A program made the position numbers and the translations under genes. From positions 6,460,889 to 6,524,888 of the forward strand of contig CAVNZM010000012.1 in assembly GCA_963693365.1 (NCBI GenBank): a DNA stretch of 64,000 bases, in the 5' to 3' direction. Below, in pieces: positions 21,118 to 33,089 of the stretch (positions within the stretch are counted from its first letter, which is position 1; each line of letters starts with the position of its first letter). Source of the DNA: Amoebidium appalachense (lineage: Eukaryota > Protista > Ichthyosporea). The notes beneath the pieces are model-generated. The model saw nothing but the letters and a program-made list of their open reading frames with translations, made no database searches and was not told where the DNA came from.

Positions 21118-21627
21118 CCCCTTCTCCTCCCCCCCCCCCCCCCTTCCCCTCCTACCTTCTTTTTCCCCCCCCTTCCCCCCCCCCCCCCCCCCCCTGGCCA
21201 AACCCTGTATACACTCTTCTCATCAGCAGGTCTCTAACCCACTCTGCAGAACGTTTTACGCATTTCTCCCCTCGGAGAACTTGGTCGTTGGTGCGTTTTT
21301 GTCTGACATCTAACGACTCTGCAGGGTCCCCTGAGACTACTGACACTCTAACATTCCCTCCCCTCTCTTACTTCCCCCCCCCCCCCTCCCCCTTTCCCTC
21401 CTCCTTCCCCTCCCATTTTCTCTGCACACCCAACAGGTCTTAACCAGATCTGCACATCGTTAGTCACAATCTTCTCACATATATGAGAGAATGATCGTAT
21501 TGGTACGATTTGTCTAATATCTGACGATTCTGCAGCATCCCTAAGACCCCCCTCCCCCTCCCCTCCCCCTCCCCCCCCCCCCCCCCCACCTTCTCTCTCT
21601 CTCTCTCTCCCTCTCTCCCTCTCCTCC

Positions 21628-21714
<87 letters not shown>

Positions 21715-21719
21715 TTCCT

Positions 21720-21758
<39 letters not shown>

Positions 21759-21819
21759 GCGCCTGTTGTTTTGCTTGTCATTTGTTGTTCTGGTTGATTA
21801 CCTGTAATCTTCGCTTATT

Positions 21820-21854
<35 letters not shown>

Positions 21855-23442
21855 TGTGCGGGGTTGCACATACCGGTGTCTACTTTTCTTCTTACTGTTT
21901 TTCTCTCCACACACTTCATCTGTCCACTTCTGCATACCCCCTTTCATAGCTATAGACACACTTCACACATTGCGTTACGCGCACGCATGCACACACCGCT
22001 CTGTTGGCGACAGCTCCCTTGGAACCCATGCGGCATGTTACCCGCCGGCGTAACATAACTCGGACTATCGGTTTGGCTTTTTTCAAGCCCAAAGCAATGG
22101 GTGATACCATATTTCCGGCTGACATCCGGGGGCATAGCTTTCCGTTCGAAGACGATAAAGTTCCGCCCTAGTAAGCGTGTTACTACCCTGCGGCGTGGGT
22201 CAAATCTCATATTTTCCCCTCTGACTACGAATTCTGTGGCCTTCGGGACTTAATTCTTTTCAGCTGGTGTAGTATGTTAGCCAGGGAAGTATCGACTTAG
22301 GTATCGACGGGGGAGCTTCCTAGAAGCCCCGTCTCCTGAGTTCCTATCTATATTTTTCTTGCTTCTGCTTACTGCTGCAACTTTAACCCCCGGCCTTTCC
22401 CACTGCCCTTGCCTGCATAAGCAACCCTGCTCGTCTCTGATCAAGACGGGTGACCTACTCATGTTCAAGTGAAACTGTATCTGAGTTGGGTTTCGTTAAC
22501 GAGGGGAATAGGTCGAAACTCGGGTACTGTGGATGACGTGGGCCCCCCCTGAGGATGGGCTCTGCTTATTATGCATACTCTTTATGTATGGCTTGCATTC
22601 TGCATCGTGTTATCCGTTTGTTCTTGTGTACTTCGTACTTTTTGACGCATTCAAAACCCCCCCTCCCCCCCCCTCGTGCATCTGTAAGCACATACATATT
22701 TTTCGCTGCACTGCATTAGTTTGCATACACATCTTCACCGTTTTGCTCACCTTGCTTGCATAAGCAACCCTGCTCGTCTTTGATCAAGCTGGGTTGACCC
22801 TCCCAAGTTCAGTTGATGCTGCAGTCTGAGTTGGAGAGTCGTATATACGCGGGCTAAGGGGTCGAAACTCAGACGCAATTGATGACTTGGGCCCTCCCTG
22901 AGGATGGGCTCTGCTTATGACGCATACTGTGCGCATGGATGATGTTGCATACTTGGATGTTTGCCTTTGCATGTGTCCTGCACCATGCTTCTCATCGTGT
23001 ATGCGTACTTCGTACCGTGTTCCGCATTCAACCCCCCCCCCCCCCCCCCCCCCCCCCGCCTCCCCTAAAAAAATGTGGTGGTGGTGGTGGTGGTGGTGGC
23101 GGGGGGGGGAGGGGGGAGACCATGCCTATTGCATATTGTGCAATACTATGCTCAATGCTCTATGCTCCGGAAGATTCACCGCTGCCCCTCTCCCCCCCCC
23201 CCCCCCCACCCACCCACCCCTCCTCCCCCTTTTCCCCTGCCCTTTATGTAGGCACCCTTCCCCCACATTAACATTCTAAGACTCACACAGACACACGCTT
23301 CATCAATTGCGTACCCACCTCAACCGACCAATCACTCACCCTCCCGAGTCATCCTTTGTGACAGTTTAGAAGCTTTTCTTTTTATGCCATTGGTGGTTAG
23401 AGTCGTATTTCTGGGGATTTCAGCTAACTCAACACCTTTTAG

Positions 23443-23483
<41 letters not shown>

Positions 23484-23932
23484 GCCCCGCCCAAAACACA
23501 CACCTCAACACTAACTGGCCTCCCCCTCCCCCACTACCACACCCCCACTCTGACTCCTCCCCGTCCTCACTGTTTCACACTGTTTCTCTTGTCTGTCCTT
23601 GAAAAATTACCATATTTCTCGCCATTTCCTGTTGCTGACACCGCATCAATCAGGCGAGAAGACATGGGATTTTTGGCGTGGCGTCTACACCAGTGGGCTG
23701 ATCACGGAGTACTTCCCCATGCGTGTTCTGTCGTCGGCCAGCCTGCCCCCCACCAAGCAGTATGTGTTTGGGTTCCACCCACACGGCATACACTGCCTTA
23801 CTATGTTCGAGCTGTGCTACACCAAGTCTCAGGTGTGTTTTTTAACCTCTCTCTAATCTTACACACACGTGCACACACACGCGCGCGCGCGGGCACATCA
23901 TATGCACACACACAGCACAAACAAACGAACGC

Positions 23933-23969
<37 letters not shown>

Positions 23970-24147
23970 TCACAAACACACTCACATACACACACACACA
24001 CACACACAATTACACACGTACATGGACACACACAACCATTACACGCACACACACCCATTTACCACACACAAGCCCATACAGACACACACACACACACACA
24101 CGGGTGCATGCCTGGATGTGTATATGCATATATTGTCCCCCCCCCCC

Positions 24148-24178
<31 letters not shown>

Positions 24179-24366
24179 ACCCAACTTCAACCCTCCGCCC
24201 ACTCCTGACCGTGCTACCCACACTCTATCTCCGCATACCGATGCCACACCCACCATAAATATACCCCCCCCTCCCCTCCCTCCCCCCTCGGGGATACCTA
24301 CCCACACCACACACCTCACAATTACACGGTCTCTTGGTTGTCTTTTTGTGATGATAGTACTGCCAG

Positions 24367-24399
<33 letters not shown>

Positions 24400-25503
24400 T
24401 TCACCCACCCACCCACCACCTCTACCACCCTGCACGGCGTTCCTTTCTCCCCTCTAATCCCTTCTGGTTTCTACCTCCTTTTCTGCTTTACCCTCCCCCC
24501 CCCCCCCCCCTCCCCCCCCCCTTTCCCGTTGAAGCAAAGGATGGTTGGGTGTGTGTGTGTGGGGAGGTGGGGGAGGGAGGGGAGGGAGGGCGATATCTGT
24601 TTTTTGTGATAACTTTTTGACGTTCTATCTTCGTCTTTTGTCTTCTGTCTGGTTCTTCATAATTCCAACCCATTAATGAATACCCCCCCCCCCCCCCGCC
24701 CCTGTCCACTCCCCTCCCCTCCCCCTCCCCCTTCGTCTCCCCTTCCACTCTCATTTCATCTGAGCATTATAAGAACCACTCCCATTGATTGTGCCGATTT
24801 TCTGATTCTCCGAATCACCTCCCCCCCCCTCTCCCCCCACCCACCCCCCCCCCCCTTTCCGCTGTGCACACCCCTACAGACTGACTCGAATGCGCCGAAG
24901 CTCATTACATAAACCCCCCTTCTGTTCTGAATTTCGCAGTTCCACGAGAAATTCCCCGGCCTACAGCGCATGGTCGGGTTTGCAGCCACCATCATCTTCC
25001 GTGTGCCCATCGTGAGGGAGTTTTTCCTTTGGGGAAATTTCCGTGACATCAGCAGGGAGGTGGTGGATAGAACCCTGGCAGAGGGGAACCACATCTATTT
25101 GGTGGTGGGGGGGGAGGCAGAGGCACTGCTGACTGAAAACGGACGCGAGCAGGTGTGTATGTGTGTGTGTGTGTGTGTGTTTCCTTTCCTTTTTTTTTTT
25201 TTTGTTGGGGTGGGGGGGGGGGGGGGAGTGTGTGTGTTTGTTGGGGTAGAGGTGGGTGGGGATTGGTTAGGCTGGAATGGGGGGGGGGGGGGGGGGGGGG
25301 GGGGTGGGAGGGGAGGGAAGGATTAGCAGGAGTCACGGCTTGAGTGGTTGGGGGGAGGGGGGGGGGGGGAGAGTGTGTATGTGGAAGTTACGCTCGGAGA
25401 GTTTATTTTTTTTTTTGGGGGGGGGGGGGGTTCTGTCTGTATCCCCGTGGTTGGGTAGGTGGTGTGTCTGTGTGTGTGCGTGCGTGTGTGTTAAAAAGCT
25501 GTG

Positions 25504-25551
<48 letters not shown>

Positions 25552-26107
25552 CCCCACTCCTACTTCCACCTGCATCCCGGCCCACCCGCCTGCCCCCCCT
25601 TTTGCACAAGGTACACACAGCTTCCCTCAGCCCGTTCCCAACTCGTGCACACACCAGAAACCACATGATCACCCAGCACAAACATAGATCCCCAACCCGT
25701 ATTGAAATTTAATTTCCCCCCCCCCCCCGCCACAGGTTGTCCTCAGCAACCGCAAAGGGTTCATCCGTCTTGCGCTCAAACACGGTTCAAGCCTCGTTCC
25801 CACCTACTCCTTCGGGCTAAACGACATTTTCACGACGTCGTCAAAGGGGTTGGGATGGAGAAAGTGGTTGGCCAAAACATATCGCATATGTTTGTGCCTG
25901 TTTTGGGGTAGGTGGGGCCTCCCCATGCCCTATCGCATACCGTTGTATTTGTGCATCGGTGATCCGATCGATACCCCCAAAATCGAAGATCCATCGGAAG
26001 AGATTGTGAATGAATACCATAGGAGATATGTGGAGGGGCTACAGAGGGTGTTTGATCAGTATAAGGGCGTGGTTGGGTGTACTGATCGGAAATTGGAGAT
26101 TTTGTAG
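18710..26107 (+). CDS. DGAT2: Diacylglycerol/monoacylglycerol O-acyltransferase, DGAT2/MOGAT family, 353 aa; exons 18710-18805, 19752-19953, 23654-23832, 24940-25152, 25736-26107
   Basis: All four introns are GT-AG and phase-consistent. Motifs: YFP, FGFHPHG, FRVPIVRE, VVGGEAEAL, RKGFIRLALKHGSSLVPTYSFG, P...IGDPI, YHRRYVEGLQRVFD. N-terminal TM segment present. Confidence 0.93.
20122..20553 (+). mobile_element. 5'-truncated Penelope-like element: RT palm end and thumb, with no C-terminal GIY-YIG (Naiad/Chlamys-like architecture); in DGAT2 intron 2, flanked by poly(C)
   Basis: YPKTSLQLN...VPYLDLHI...TTIYNK.D...F..IVRFPH..S.I...KYGI..SQ...Y.R.CS...F......L...L..KGY...L is the characteristic PLE RT C-terminal region. 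A stop follows directly at 20553. Confidence 0.8.
21849..22654 (+). mobile_element. Full-length (~805 bp) non-coding poly(C)-associated element, copy 1 (DGAT2 intron 2)
   Basis: Highly similar end-to-end to 49318-50122. Same 5' end GTATGTTGTGCGGGGTTGCAC and same 3' end GACGCATTCAA followed by a C tract. Confidence 0.92.
22690..23031 (+). mobile_element. Diverged subfamily copy of the poly(C)-associated element, in tandem with copy 1
   Basis: Shares CATAAGCAACCCTGCTCGTC, CTGAGTT, GTCGAAACTC and GGGCCC.CCCTGAGGATGGGCTCTGCTTAT. Ends CATTCAA + poly(C). Confidence 0.85.
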
Positions 26108-26296
26108 GTTGTAGGTGTTGATGCAAGACACTAAATATACTATGATATATATATAATATGCTATCATTCAGGTACTAATTGGTAGAGCCTATATATTATA
26201 AATTATTGCGCAAACTAAATGTTATATTTTACTGCTGCTGGCCAGTTGGGTGTGAAAATTGATGTTTGCATTGCTAAGCGTTTAGGTTGTTTTTCT

Positions 26297-26333
<37 letters not shown>

Positions 26334-26470
26334 ATAGGACTTGGTGACTAATAGTGTTTCAGATGAAGTGCATCATCTACATAGTTCAACACGGTACTGA
26401 AGATATGTATAAACAAACGAGCAAACAAGCAATTTGAAACAAGCAAAAAAGAAATAAGAAGAAAACAATC

Positions 26471-26574
26471 TTATCGTGCAGGTAGTGCTGGCCCACTGTG
26501 AGATTCAAGAATGTGATTTGGATGCCGCGGCGCCGCGGAACTTGGCGATATGACATCCTGCCACACACACACAC

Positions 26575-26626
<52 letters not shown>

Positions 26627-26930
26627 ATGGCAGACACACCGTAGTATTACACTACACAGAGAGAGACAGACAGACAAACATACCGTGACAATCACACACA
26701 CACACGCACTGCCAGATCCATAGACACATTCATACATGCACACACACATGTAGTAAACCGGCATCATCACACTTATGTTTAATAATAAACTCGGGGATAT
26801 TCCTACTTTTTCTTCCTAGGAACTGCAATGCATGATTTGAAGTTCACGTAAGAAAGCCTTGCCTTGAGAGAGCTGGTAGCAGTGCTACTGACGGCGCATG
26901 CCTGACTGCTTCTTTTCTCTTCGATCATTG
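26471..26930 (-). CDS. Possible last exons of a minus-strand gene (hypothetical)
   Basis: Minus-strand CAG acceptors precede open segments AMIEEKRSSQACAVSSTATSSLK and DVISPSSAAPRHPNHILESHSGPALPAR*. No homology recognised. Confidence 0.2.
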
Positions 26931-26943
26931 CTGGTGTGTGCGT

Positions 26944-26992
<49 letters not shown>

Positions 26993-27238
26993 GGGGGAAA
27001 TCCGAAGCCTTGGGTGGGGGAGCCGGGAGCTCGAGGGGGTGGGGGGGGGGGGGGGGGGGGGGAGGAGATAGTATGCATCTGTAGGCTACTACTAGTAGGG
27101 GGCCAGGGGGCACTCCATCCGCCGCGGGCCACTTCGGCTGTTCGGGTGTGGCGTGACCAAGGCCTCCCCAGGCTGCTAATTACCTTTACGCCTGGGAAGG
27201 AACAACCCGGGGTGACCCTTAGAAGGGAAAACCCGCAG

Positions 27239-27290
<52 letters not shown>

Positions 27291-27341
27291 TTTCCCTATC
27301 CCTCCCGCCCCTGGTTCGATCGATCCCACCCCGGCCCCCCC

Positions 27342-27372
<31 letters not shown>

Positions 27373-29723
27373 GACCGACCCCATATCAAAGCATGAGACC
27401 GCGGGTGCAAGATGTTCAGCAGTTCCGCCTTCTAACTATTATGTTACCCCCTTAAGGTTGGACACGCACACACCTGCGTGCGTGCACCGGGTCCCTCGTA
27501 CTCCCATGCACCCACCCATCCACATGGCACGGACACGAGTGACACATGCGTGCTGCGGCATGTCACATGAACGCAAGCACACACGCACATGCACACACAG
27601 CACCACAAGTACTGGCACCAGTGGTGCCAGTGGTGCTGTGTGGACGTGGGCAGGTAACCACCACCCATCGGCCTACCCACGTCCCTTTTCCCCGCCGTCA
27701 CCATGAGTCTTGCTGCGTGCTTAATACAGTATTCCGGGATGTCCGAGGCCAAACCAGGAAGAAACAGTTAACCCCAGGGGGGGCATGCGCAAACGAATTC
27801 GGTTGTTCCTTCGGTTAGTCGGTATACATAGCCTGAGCACTCCAGCACAATATCTCCGCGTCGACGCCCCTCCCCCAGCCGAGGCCTCCCGAGTCACCCC
27901 CCCCCCCCCCCCCCCCCGCCCCTCCCCCCCCCCCCCTTCGCAGGCCCCCCCTCCTCTTATAGCTAGTATGTAGTAGGCCTGATCATGCTAATTAGCTACT
28001 GAGATAAGCTGGGGTACGAACGGACGACTCGGATCATCAACCGTCGGACTACTACTGTCCTGTACTACTTCTTTGCAATTGCAGATTTTGCAGATTTTGC
28101 CTTGTATAAACCTATTTTTTAGCAGCTTGAGAGGACTGAGGCGACGCTTTGGACGTTTGCCAGCTGCAGCTACTTTTGCCTACTTTTGGCCCCCAACTTT
28201 CAGCTGTTGCTTTATTGTGATGCTCACACGTACTGACGGTGTGCACGCGCTGCGATGAACTTTATGTTCGCTGCAGGCGGGTCCTTACACTCTTGCGACC
28301 GCGTGCATGCTTTCTGTCGCGGCGCCTCGACGGTTCGATAGAGTCCAGTGTTCGCTGAATGTGTAAGGAAAAATAAGGAGCCATCTCAGTAGGTGGCAGA
28401 TTGTGATGCAATAGAGCGCACTAGTTTAGCACATGTATGTCAGTCATGCGGGTCATGGCATGAAAGTCGAGCGCGTACCGTACGCCCGGAGTCCGCGCCT
28501 GCCCCCAGTCCCTGGGGAGCTTCCGTGCTCGGCCATGCATATATTCCTTTCTTTATTGTTGCATAAAAATAGTCGATGGAAATGAAACAAACAAACTAGT
28601 ATTGAGTATAGTACGCAGTTTGGTCAAAATGATTTATGAATAATGATCCGACATAATCGATATCCGATCCCATGCCATTGCTCAATTGAAAGATTCCGAA
28701 GTGCAAATTCGTCAGGGTTGAAATAGAAGAGCACAAGGGTCGAACACAATATAGTATTGGTATACGAGTGAAACAAATATATGGATATCAAGTTATATAT
28801 GTATGTATACGTGGAATGCCTTTGCCTCTGGCACCACCGAAATAAAAGAAGTGCAAGTCAAGTTGATACATACATTCATACCAGACATTCTGCTCTGATT
28901 AAAATAAGCCAATGACAGAACAGGACGCGCTTTGTCACCAATTAAATGGGGCATTATAACCTAGGCAAAACTATAGCGTGACTTTTTGCTAATTGATATA
29001 TGCAAAAAAAATTCTAATGATGGACATTTTTAGGATTGAATAATAAACCACATACCAGTCTTTATCATCAAGGAGGATTGTCTGCCAATCACAATCGCGA
29101 TACTCGCCTTGTATCACGTCCACTCAGGGAAGACGGGGTCATGGGACACAAGGCTACAACATCCGTAATAATGAACCCGTTACATAGACAGCATAAAGCC
29201 GATGTATTTAAAACTACAATGGCACACAGGGTTATACTTTATAACGCTGCTATTGTAATTATAATAAATACTGTAGTACCTTGGCCGGCCCCCTTTCACA
29301 TTGATGCCGCACGAACGGTTAGCCCGGGTATTTTGTCCCTGGGAAACCACTTACCGTGTGACTCTGCCGGGAGGGAATTTTGCCGATGGTTCGGAATCGG
29401 TAACTTCTAGAATTTCCGTAAAAACTCCGTTTGCCGTTTTTGCCTGACTTTGTCACTGTTTGTATGTATGAACTTGTGCAGCGCTGGAGTGTATACGTGC
29501 ATATTGGGTATAGCTAGCAAGAGAGTTGTGAGAAGTCTTCTCAGTGTGGATGGGTCGCCTGAGTAAATATGAACAGCTCATCGCAGATATTGGGGGCTAA
29601 AGCTCAGTCGAACGCACACACACTGCTTCGTAAAACTTTATACATACCTACACCATCTACCGTCACATGATTTGTAGTATTGCATGCGATTTCCAATAGT
29701 GTTTTTTGCTCGTTTTGTTCAAT

Positions 29724-32700
29724 ATGGCCGGCGATGTAGCTGACATACCCCCCGGATATGAACCTCCAAGCACGGGCGGCACAACCCTTGCCGCCTTGAT
29801 AGGACGTTTCTTCGTGCAGTTGGTGGCCACAAGTGAAATAGATCTCTCTGTGTTTACAACGAAGTTCTTGTCAGTGACAAGAGATGTTACACCAAAGTCT
29901 TACCCCCAACTTGTTACTTCGAAGCCCGAAGATGCATTACATGTTGATGCGTATGCTTCAAGCTCAGAGACAGGCACACCAGATGTGCATGCCTACTTCT
30001 TGACATACACACACCCTGCAGTTATCTCCTCCATTGTCCTCGTAAGCATCGCAATGCTATTTCTAGTGGTGGTCATCTTTTACGCAAGCTGCAAAACATG
30101 CGCACGCATAAAACACGACAACGAGAGCATCGTTTCCGTCTTTTCGCACGCAGTCAATGCGAAAACGGGTCGCTACACATTCTCCACCAGAGTACCCCGT
30201 AGTCTTCTCTTTCTCTTCTTTCTCTCCTTTTCCTTTTCGGTAGTCATAGTCGCGAGTGTGGGTGTCTGGAGTAACGCCGAGGTACATACAGCGTTCCTTC
30301 ACGGAGCGTACGCTACCGCAAGCGCATCTACCGGGTTTACTCTCTTCTCGCAAACACTCAATGCGCAAGTAGATGGCATGTTTTCCGAACTCGACGCCAC
30401 GGCCGCAAACATCAACCAGCAATTGCTCACCATCAGTCAAGACATTGAGATTTCGGCCACGCGGTCCATACAGCCTGTTACGGCAGTCATAAATAGAGCA
30501 CAAGGGAAACTGGCAGCTTCGCTTACAGCAGCAACCCAAGCGAGTGAAAAACTGCATGATGCACAAGATCACGTGCAAGCGATGGTGGGGTCTCTGCTCC
30601 TTGCTGACAATGCAGACACACACGTTCACAATGACTTCAATCTACCAAGGTTTCCTGGTGCGGTCAGTGGTGACAACGTACCAGGAGAGCGGATAACGGA
30701 AGAGATTATGGTCACGTTGGAGCGGGTGGTAGAACTACTTTCGGGTGTTACGTCTGCAGATGCCGCCACCATCACTAACACGATCGGTGACCTTCCATCT
30801 CTCATGGTGAACAATATCGACCGTGTGACCGCCAACTACACGGCCCAAGTAGATCATTATGTGGCCATGGCACGAGATTACCGCGCCAAGTACCGCCAGC
30901 AGTTTGGTGCCGCTGGGCAGGCCGTACACGAATACGCGGGCGCATTAATCGATGTTTTGGTTGAGATTCACGCACATGGGCACAGCGACAAGCTGGAGAT
31001 ACATTTGACCACGACGCCGGTCGCGGGTATTGACAGTGTTGTGTTGTTGACCCAGGCAGAGGAGTACCGATTGGTAATGTGTGCATTGTGTGCGGCGATC
31101 GCCTTTCTCTCCGTGGTATTGGGGTGGTTGGCGTTTGTGGTTGGAATTTTCCGTTCACGGATCGCCGCGAATTCGCCTCCGGTATCGATGAACCTTGTGG
31201 CACAGTCGAATGGGACGTGGAGCGTCGAACCGTCAGTGGATGACTTTACACTGCCGAGCGAGTTGAAGCAGCTCAATACGCCCAATATGGGGGATGCGGT
31301 AAAACAGGCACAAAAGGCGGCAAGCCCGCCGGCGCGAAAATACGTAAACGGGTTATTTATGTCGGCGGTATGGGTTGGCGTGGTGGCTGTCGTCTTTTCG
31401 TTTATGCTGGCGGCGGGTGCGCTGGCTGTCGGGTTTATTTTCCAACACGGTTGCGAGCCAATCGAAACGGGCCGTGTCTACAGTGAATTATTGGACAACA
31501 CCACCGTGACGGGCGACCATTTTCTCGGACAGGCGCTTTTCGGCGACGGCGGAATTCCTTCGACGTTTTCGTCGTTGCAACGCGGGTGTCAATCGAACCT
31601 GCCGCTGTGGTATGCGCTTAATTTGGACCAACGCTGGGCGATCGACGATGTCCTAAATACCACAAAGTATTTTGACGCATCGGCCGTAAATGACGCCGTA
31701 GAGTCATTTGACGTCCGATCAATCAGCCTAGATCAATTTCCACTTTTGGCGATGGTGGGTAATTTGGACGCAAACACGACGAGCGTTATCCGGCAGCGGC
31801 TTCGGACGGTTTTCACGTTTTTGGATTCGGTCAACGCGAGGTGTGCGGAGGGGCTCACCCATTGGGAGACGTTTTCCCGAAACGACACGGCGATGTCGGC
31901 ACTTGGCCTGTCTGGCGCACGGCTGGATAGCCTAAAGTCGCAAATTGCGCAGATAATTTCTAACTATCGTGAATGCTCCGATTACACCACCGATCCAACC
32001 ATTCAGGCGGTAGCCAGCGAGTTTTCACGCCTTAACGCCACGCTAGAATCTGCCTTAATTGCAATCAAACCAGCGTTCGACGCATTTCAAATCGCCAAGA
32101 ACGAGACTATGGCGAAAATTCAGAGCAAGGTCCGGTCTGCGGCGGGTAATATCGAGGAAAGCCTCAACCGTCTAGCATCAACCGCGCGAAAATTGGTAAC
32201 GCAAGATTTAGGTCGGTGCCGCCTTCTGTACGATGGCTACACTTCGTTGCTGGACACTGTGTGCACATACACCAAGGACCGCACCTTTGTGCTCCTTTTC
32301 TCCTCCCTTTTCCTTCCCTTATTCGCTATTCCGTACATCATTCTCTGTCTGGTTGTCCGCCACGCGCTAGACGCCGAGTCCCGCCCCATCGTAAACCCCC
32401 CCACAAATCTCACTGCAGTACCCCCCAACTTGAATTTACGCCCGTTCCAATCCGGTAGCGAACAGCATCTTTTAGCGAGTAACAACTGGATTCGTATGAA
32501 CCAGTTGGGTTCCGGCAGTGATTCGAGCATCGCAAGATCGTCGCAAAATTCGGGTTCGGTACAAGACGTTAGGGATGCACGTGCAAGCGGCAACAACCTA
32601 TGCGCGCTAGATACTTCCAGCGAAATCTCCGTTTCCGGGCGGCGAATGAGATCGATCGGATCCGGCAGCGACGTTAGTCTCAAGTCGACGTCGCAGCCTA

Positions 32701-33089
32701 CAACTGCCAAACCGGACCCCAATCAGCAAGGCGGTCGGCTGTTGAATCCCCTCACGTTTGTATTCTCGGCTGCAGCAGCTGGTCCCAGGGGAACGACACG
32801 AATTCCAAAGGCAAAACCGGATCGCACGGCCTCGACGTCGAGCCTGCAATCTATCTCCGGCACTTCTCCCCGCAAGTCGCCCAAAGGGTATGGTGCGGGT
32901 CCGGACGCGGTAAATGGGGGTTCTAATGGTAGAATCCCAAATTTCAGCAGTAGCACTGGGAGTCTGGGAGGCCGTAAACCGGGCAGCCGATTAAGACATG
33001 AGGTGGTGGTGGAAGAGCACCATGGGGAAGACATAGAGTTGGGTGTGGGGACTGATTTCCTTAATGACACACTGGCTGTGTTCCGTTGA
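29724..33089 (+). CDS. PROM: Prominin (CD133)-like pentaspan membrane protein, ~1120 aa, encoded in one uninterrupted exon (a small 5' exon is possible via the AG at 29698-29699)
   Basis: Five hydrophobic segments in prominin spacing. Cys cluster after TM1 (YASCKTC), SN after TM2, E.YR before TM3, GCEP/LLDN/CQSN..LW.AL.L in loop 2, and DLGRC..LY..Y....DTVC before TM5. Long Ser-rich cytoplasmic tail. Confidence 0.82.
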   Translation: MAGDVADIPPGYEPPSTGGTTLAALIGRFFVQLVATSEIDLSVFTTKFLSVTRDVTPKSYPQLVTSKPEDALHVDAYASSSETGTPDVHAYFLTYTHPAVISSIVLVSIAMLFLVVVIFYASCKTCARIKHDNESIVSVFSHAVNAKTGRYTFSTRVPRSLLFLFFLSFSFSVVIVASVGVWSNAEVHTAFLHGAYATASASTGFTLFSQTLNAQVDGMFSELDATAANINQQLLTISQDIEISATRSIQPVTAVINRAQGKLAASLTAATQASEKLHDAQDHVQAMVGSLLLADNADTHVHNDFNLPRFPGAVSGDNVPGERITEEIMVTLERVVELLSGVTSADAATITNTIGDLPSLMVNNIDRVTANYTAQVDHYVAMARDYRAKYRQQFGAAGQAVHEYAGALIDVLVEIHAHGHSDKLEIHLTTTPVAGIDSVVLLTQAEEYRLVMCALCAAIAFLSVVLGWLAFVVGIFRSRIAANSPPVSMNLVAQSNGTWSVEPSVDDFTLPSELKQLNTPNMGDAVKQAQKAASPPARKYVNGLFMSAVWVGVVAVVFSFMLAAGALAVGFIFQHGCEPIETGRVYSELLDNTTVTGDHFLGQALFGDGGIPSTFSSLQRGCQSNLPLWYALNLDQRWAIDDVLNTTKYFDASAVNDAVESFDVRSISLDQFPLLAMVGNLDANTTSVIRQRLRTVFTFLDSVNARCAEGLTHWETFSRNDTAMSALGLSGARLDSLKSQIAQIISNYRECSDYTTDPTIQAVASEFSRLNATLESALIAIKPAFDAFQIAKNETMAKIQSKVRSAAGNIEESLNRLASTARKLVTQDLGRCRLLYDGYTSLLDTVCTYTKDRTFVLLFSSLFLPLFAIPYIILCLVVRHALDAESRPIVNPPTNLTAVPPNLNLRPFQSGSEQHLLASNNWIRMNQLGSGSDSSIARSSQNSGSVQDVRDARASGNNLCALDTSSEISVSGRRMRSIGSGSDVSLKSTSQPTTAKPDPNQQGGRLLNPLTFVFSAAAAGPRGTTRIPKAKPDRTASTSSLQSISGTSPRKSPKGYGAGPDAVNGGSNGRIPNFSSSTGSLGGRKPGSRLRHEVVVEEHHGEDIELGVGTDFLNDTLAVFR

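Noticed and set aside
21916-22468. Minus-strand ORFs repeated at 49385-49937
   Set aside because: They recur only because the element is duplicated. No recognisable domain, and the structural G-U pairs favour the + strand as the functional RNA.
22437-22556. Hammerhead ribozyme (CTGATCA, CGAAAC and CTGAGGA fragments)
   Set aside because: The fragments are not arranged around stems I-III with a UH cleavage site; CTGATCA is a hairpin loop and changes to TTGATCA in another copy.
22531-22575. SECIS-like hairpin (ATGA followed by a stem with a C-rich loop) in the repeat family, tempting because some Naiad PLEs encode selenoproteins
   Set aside because: The 3' GA of the non-Watson-Crick quartet is absent or misplaced in most copies (TTATTATG), the 3' arm is used in a different covarying stem, and there is no UGA-containing ORF upstream.
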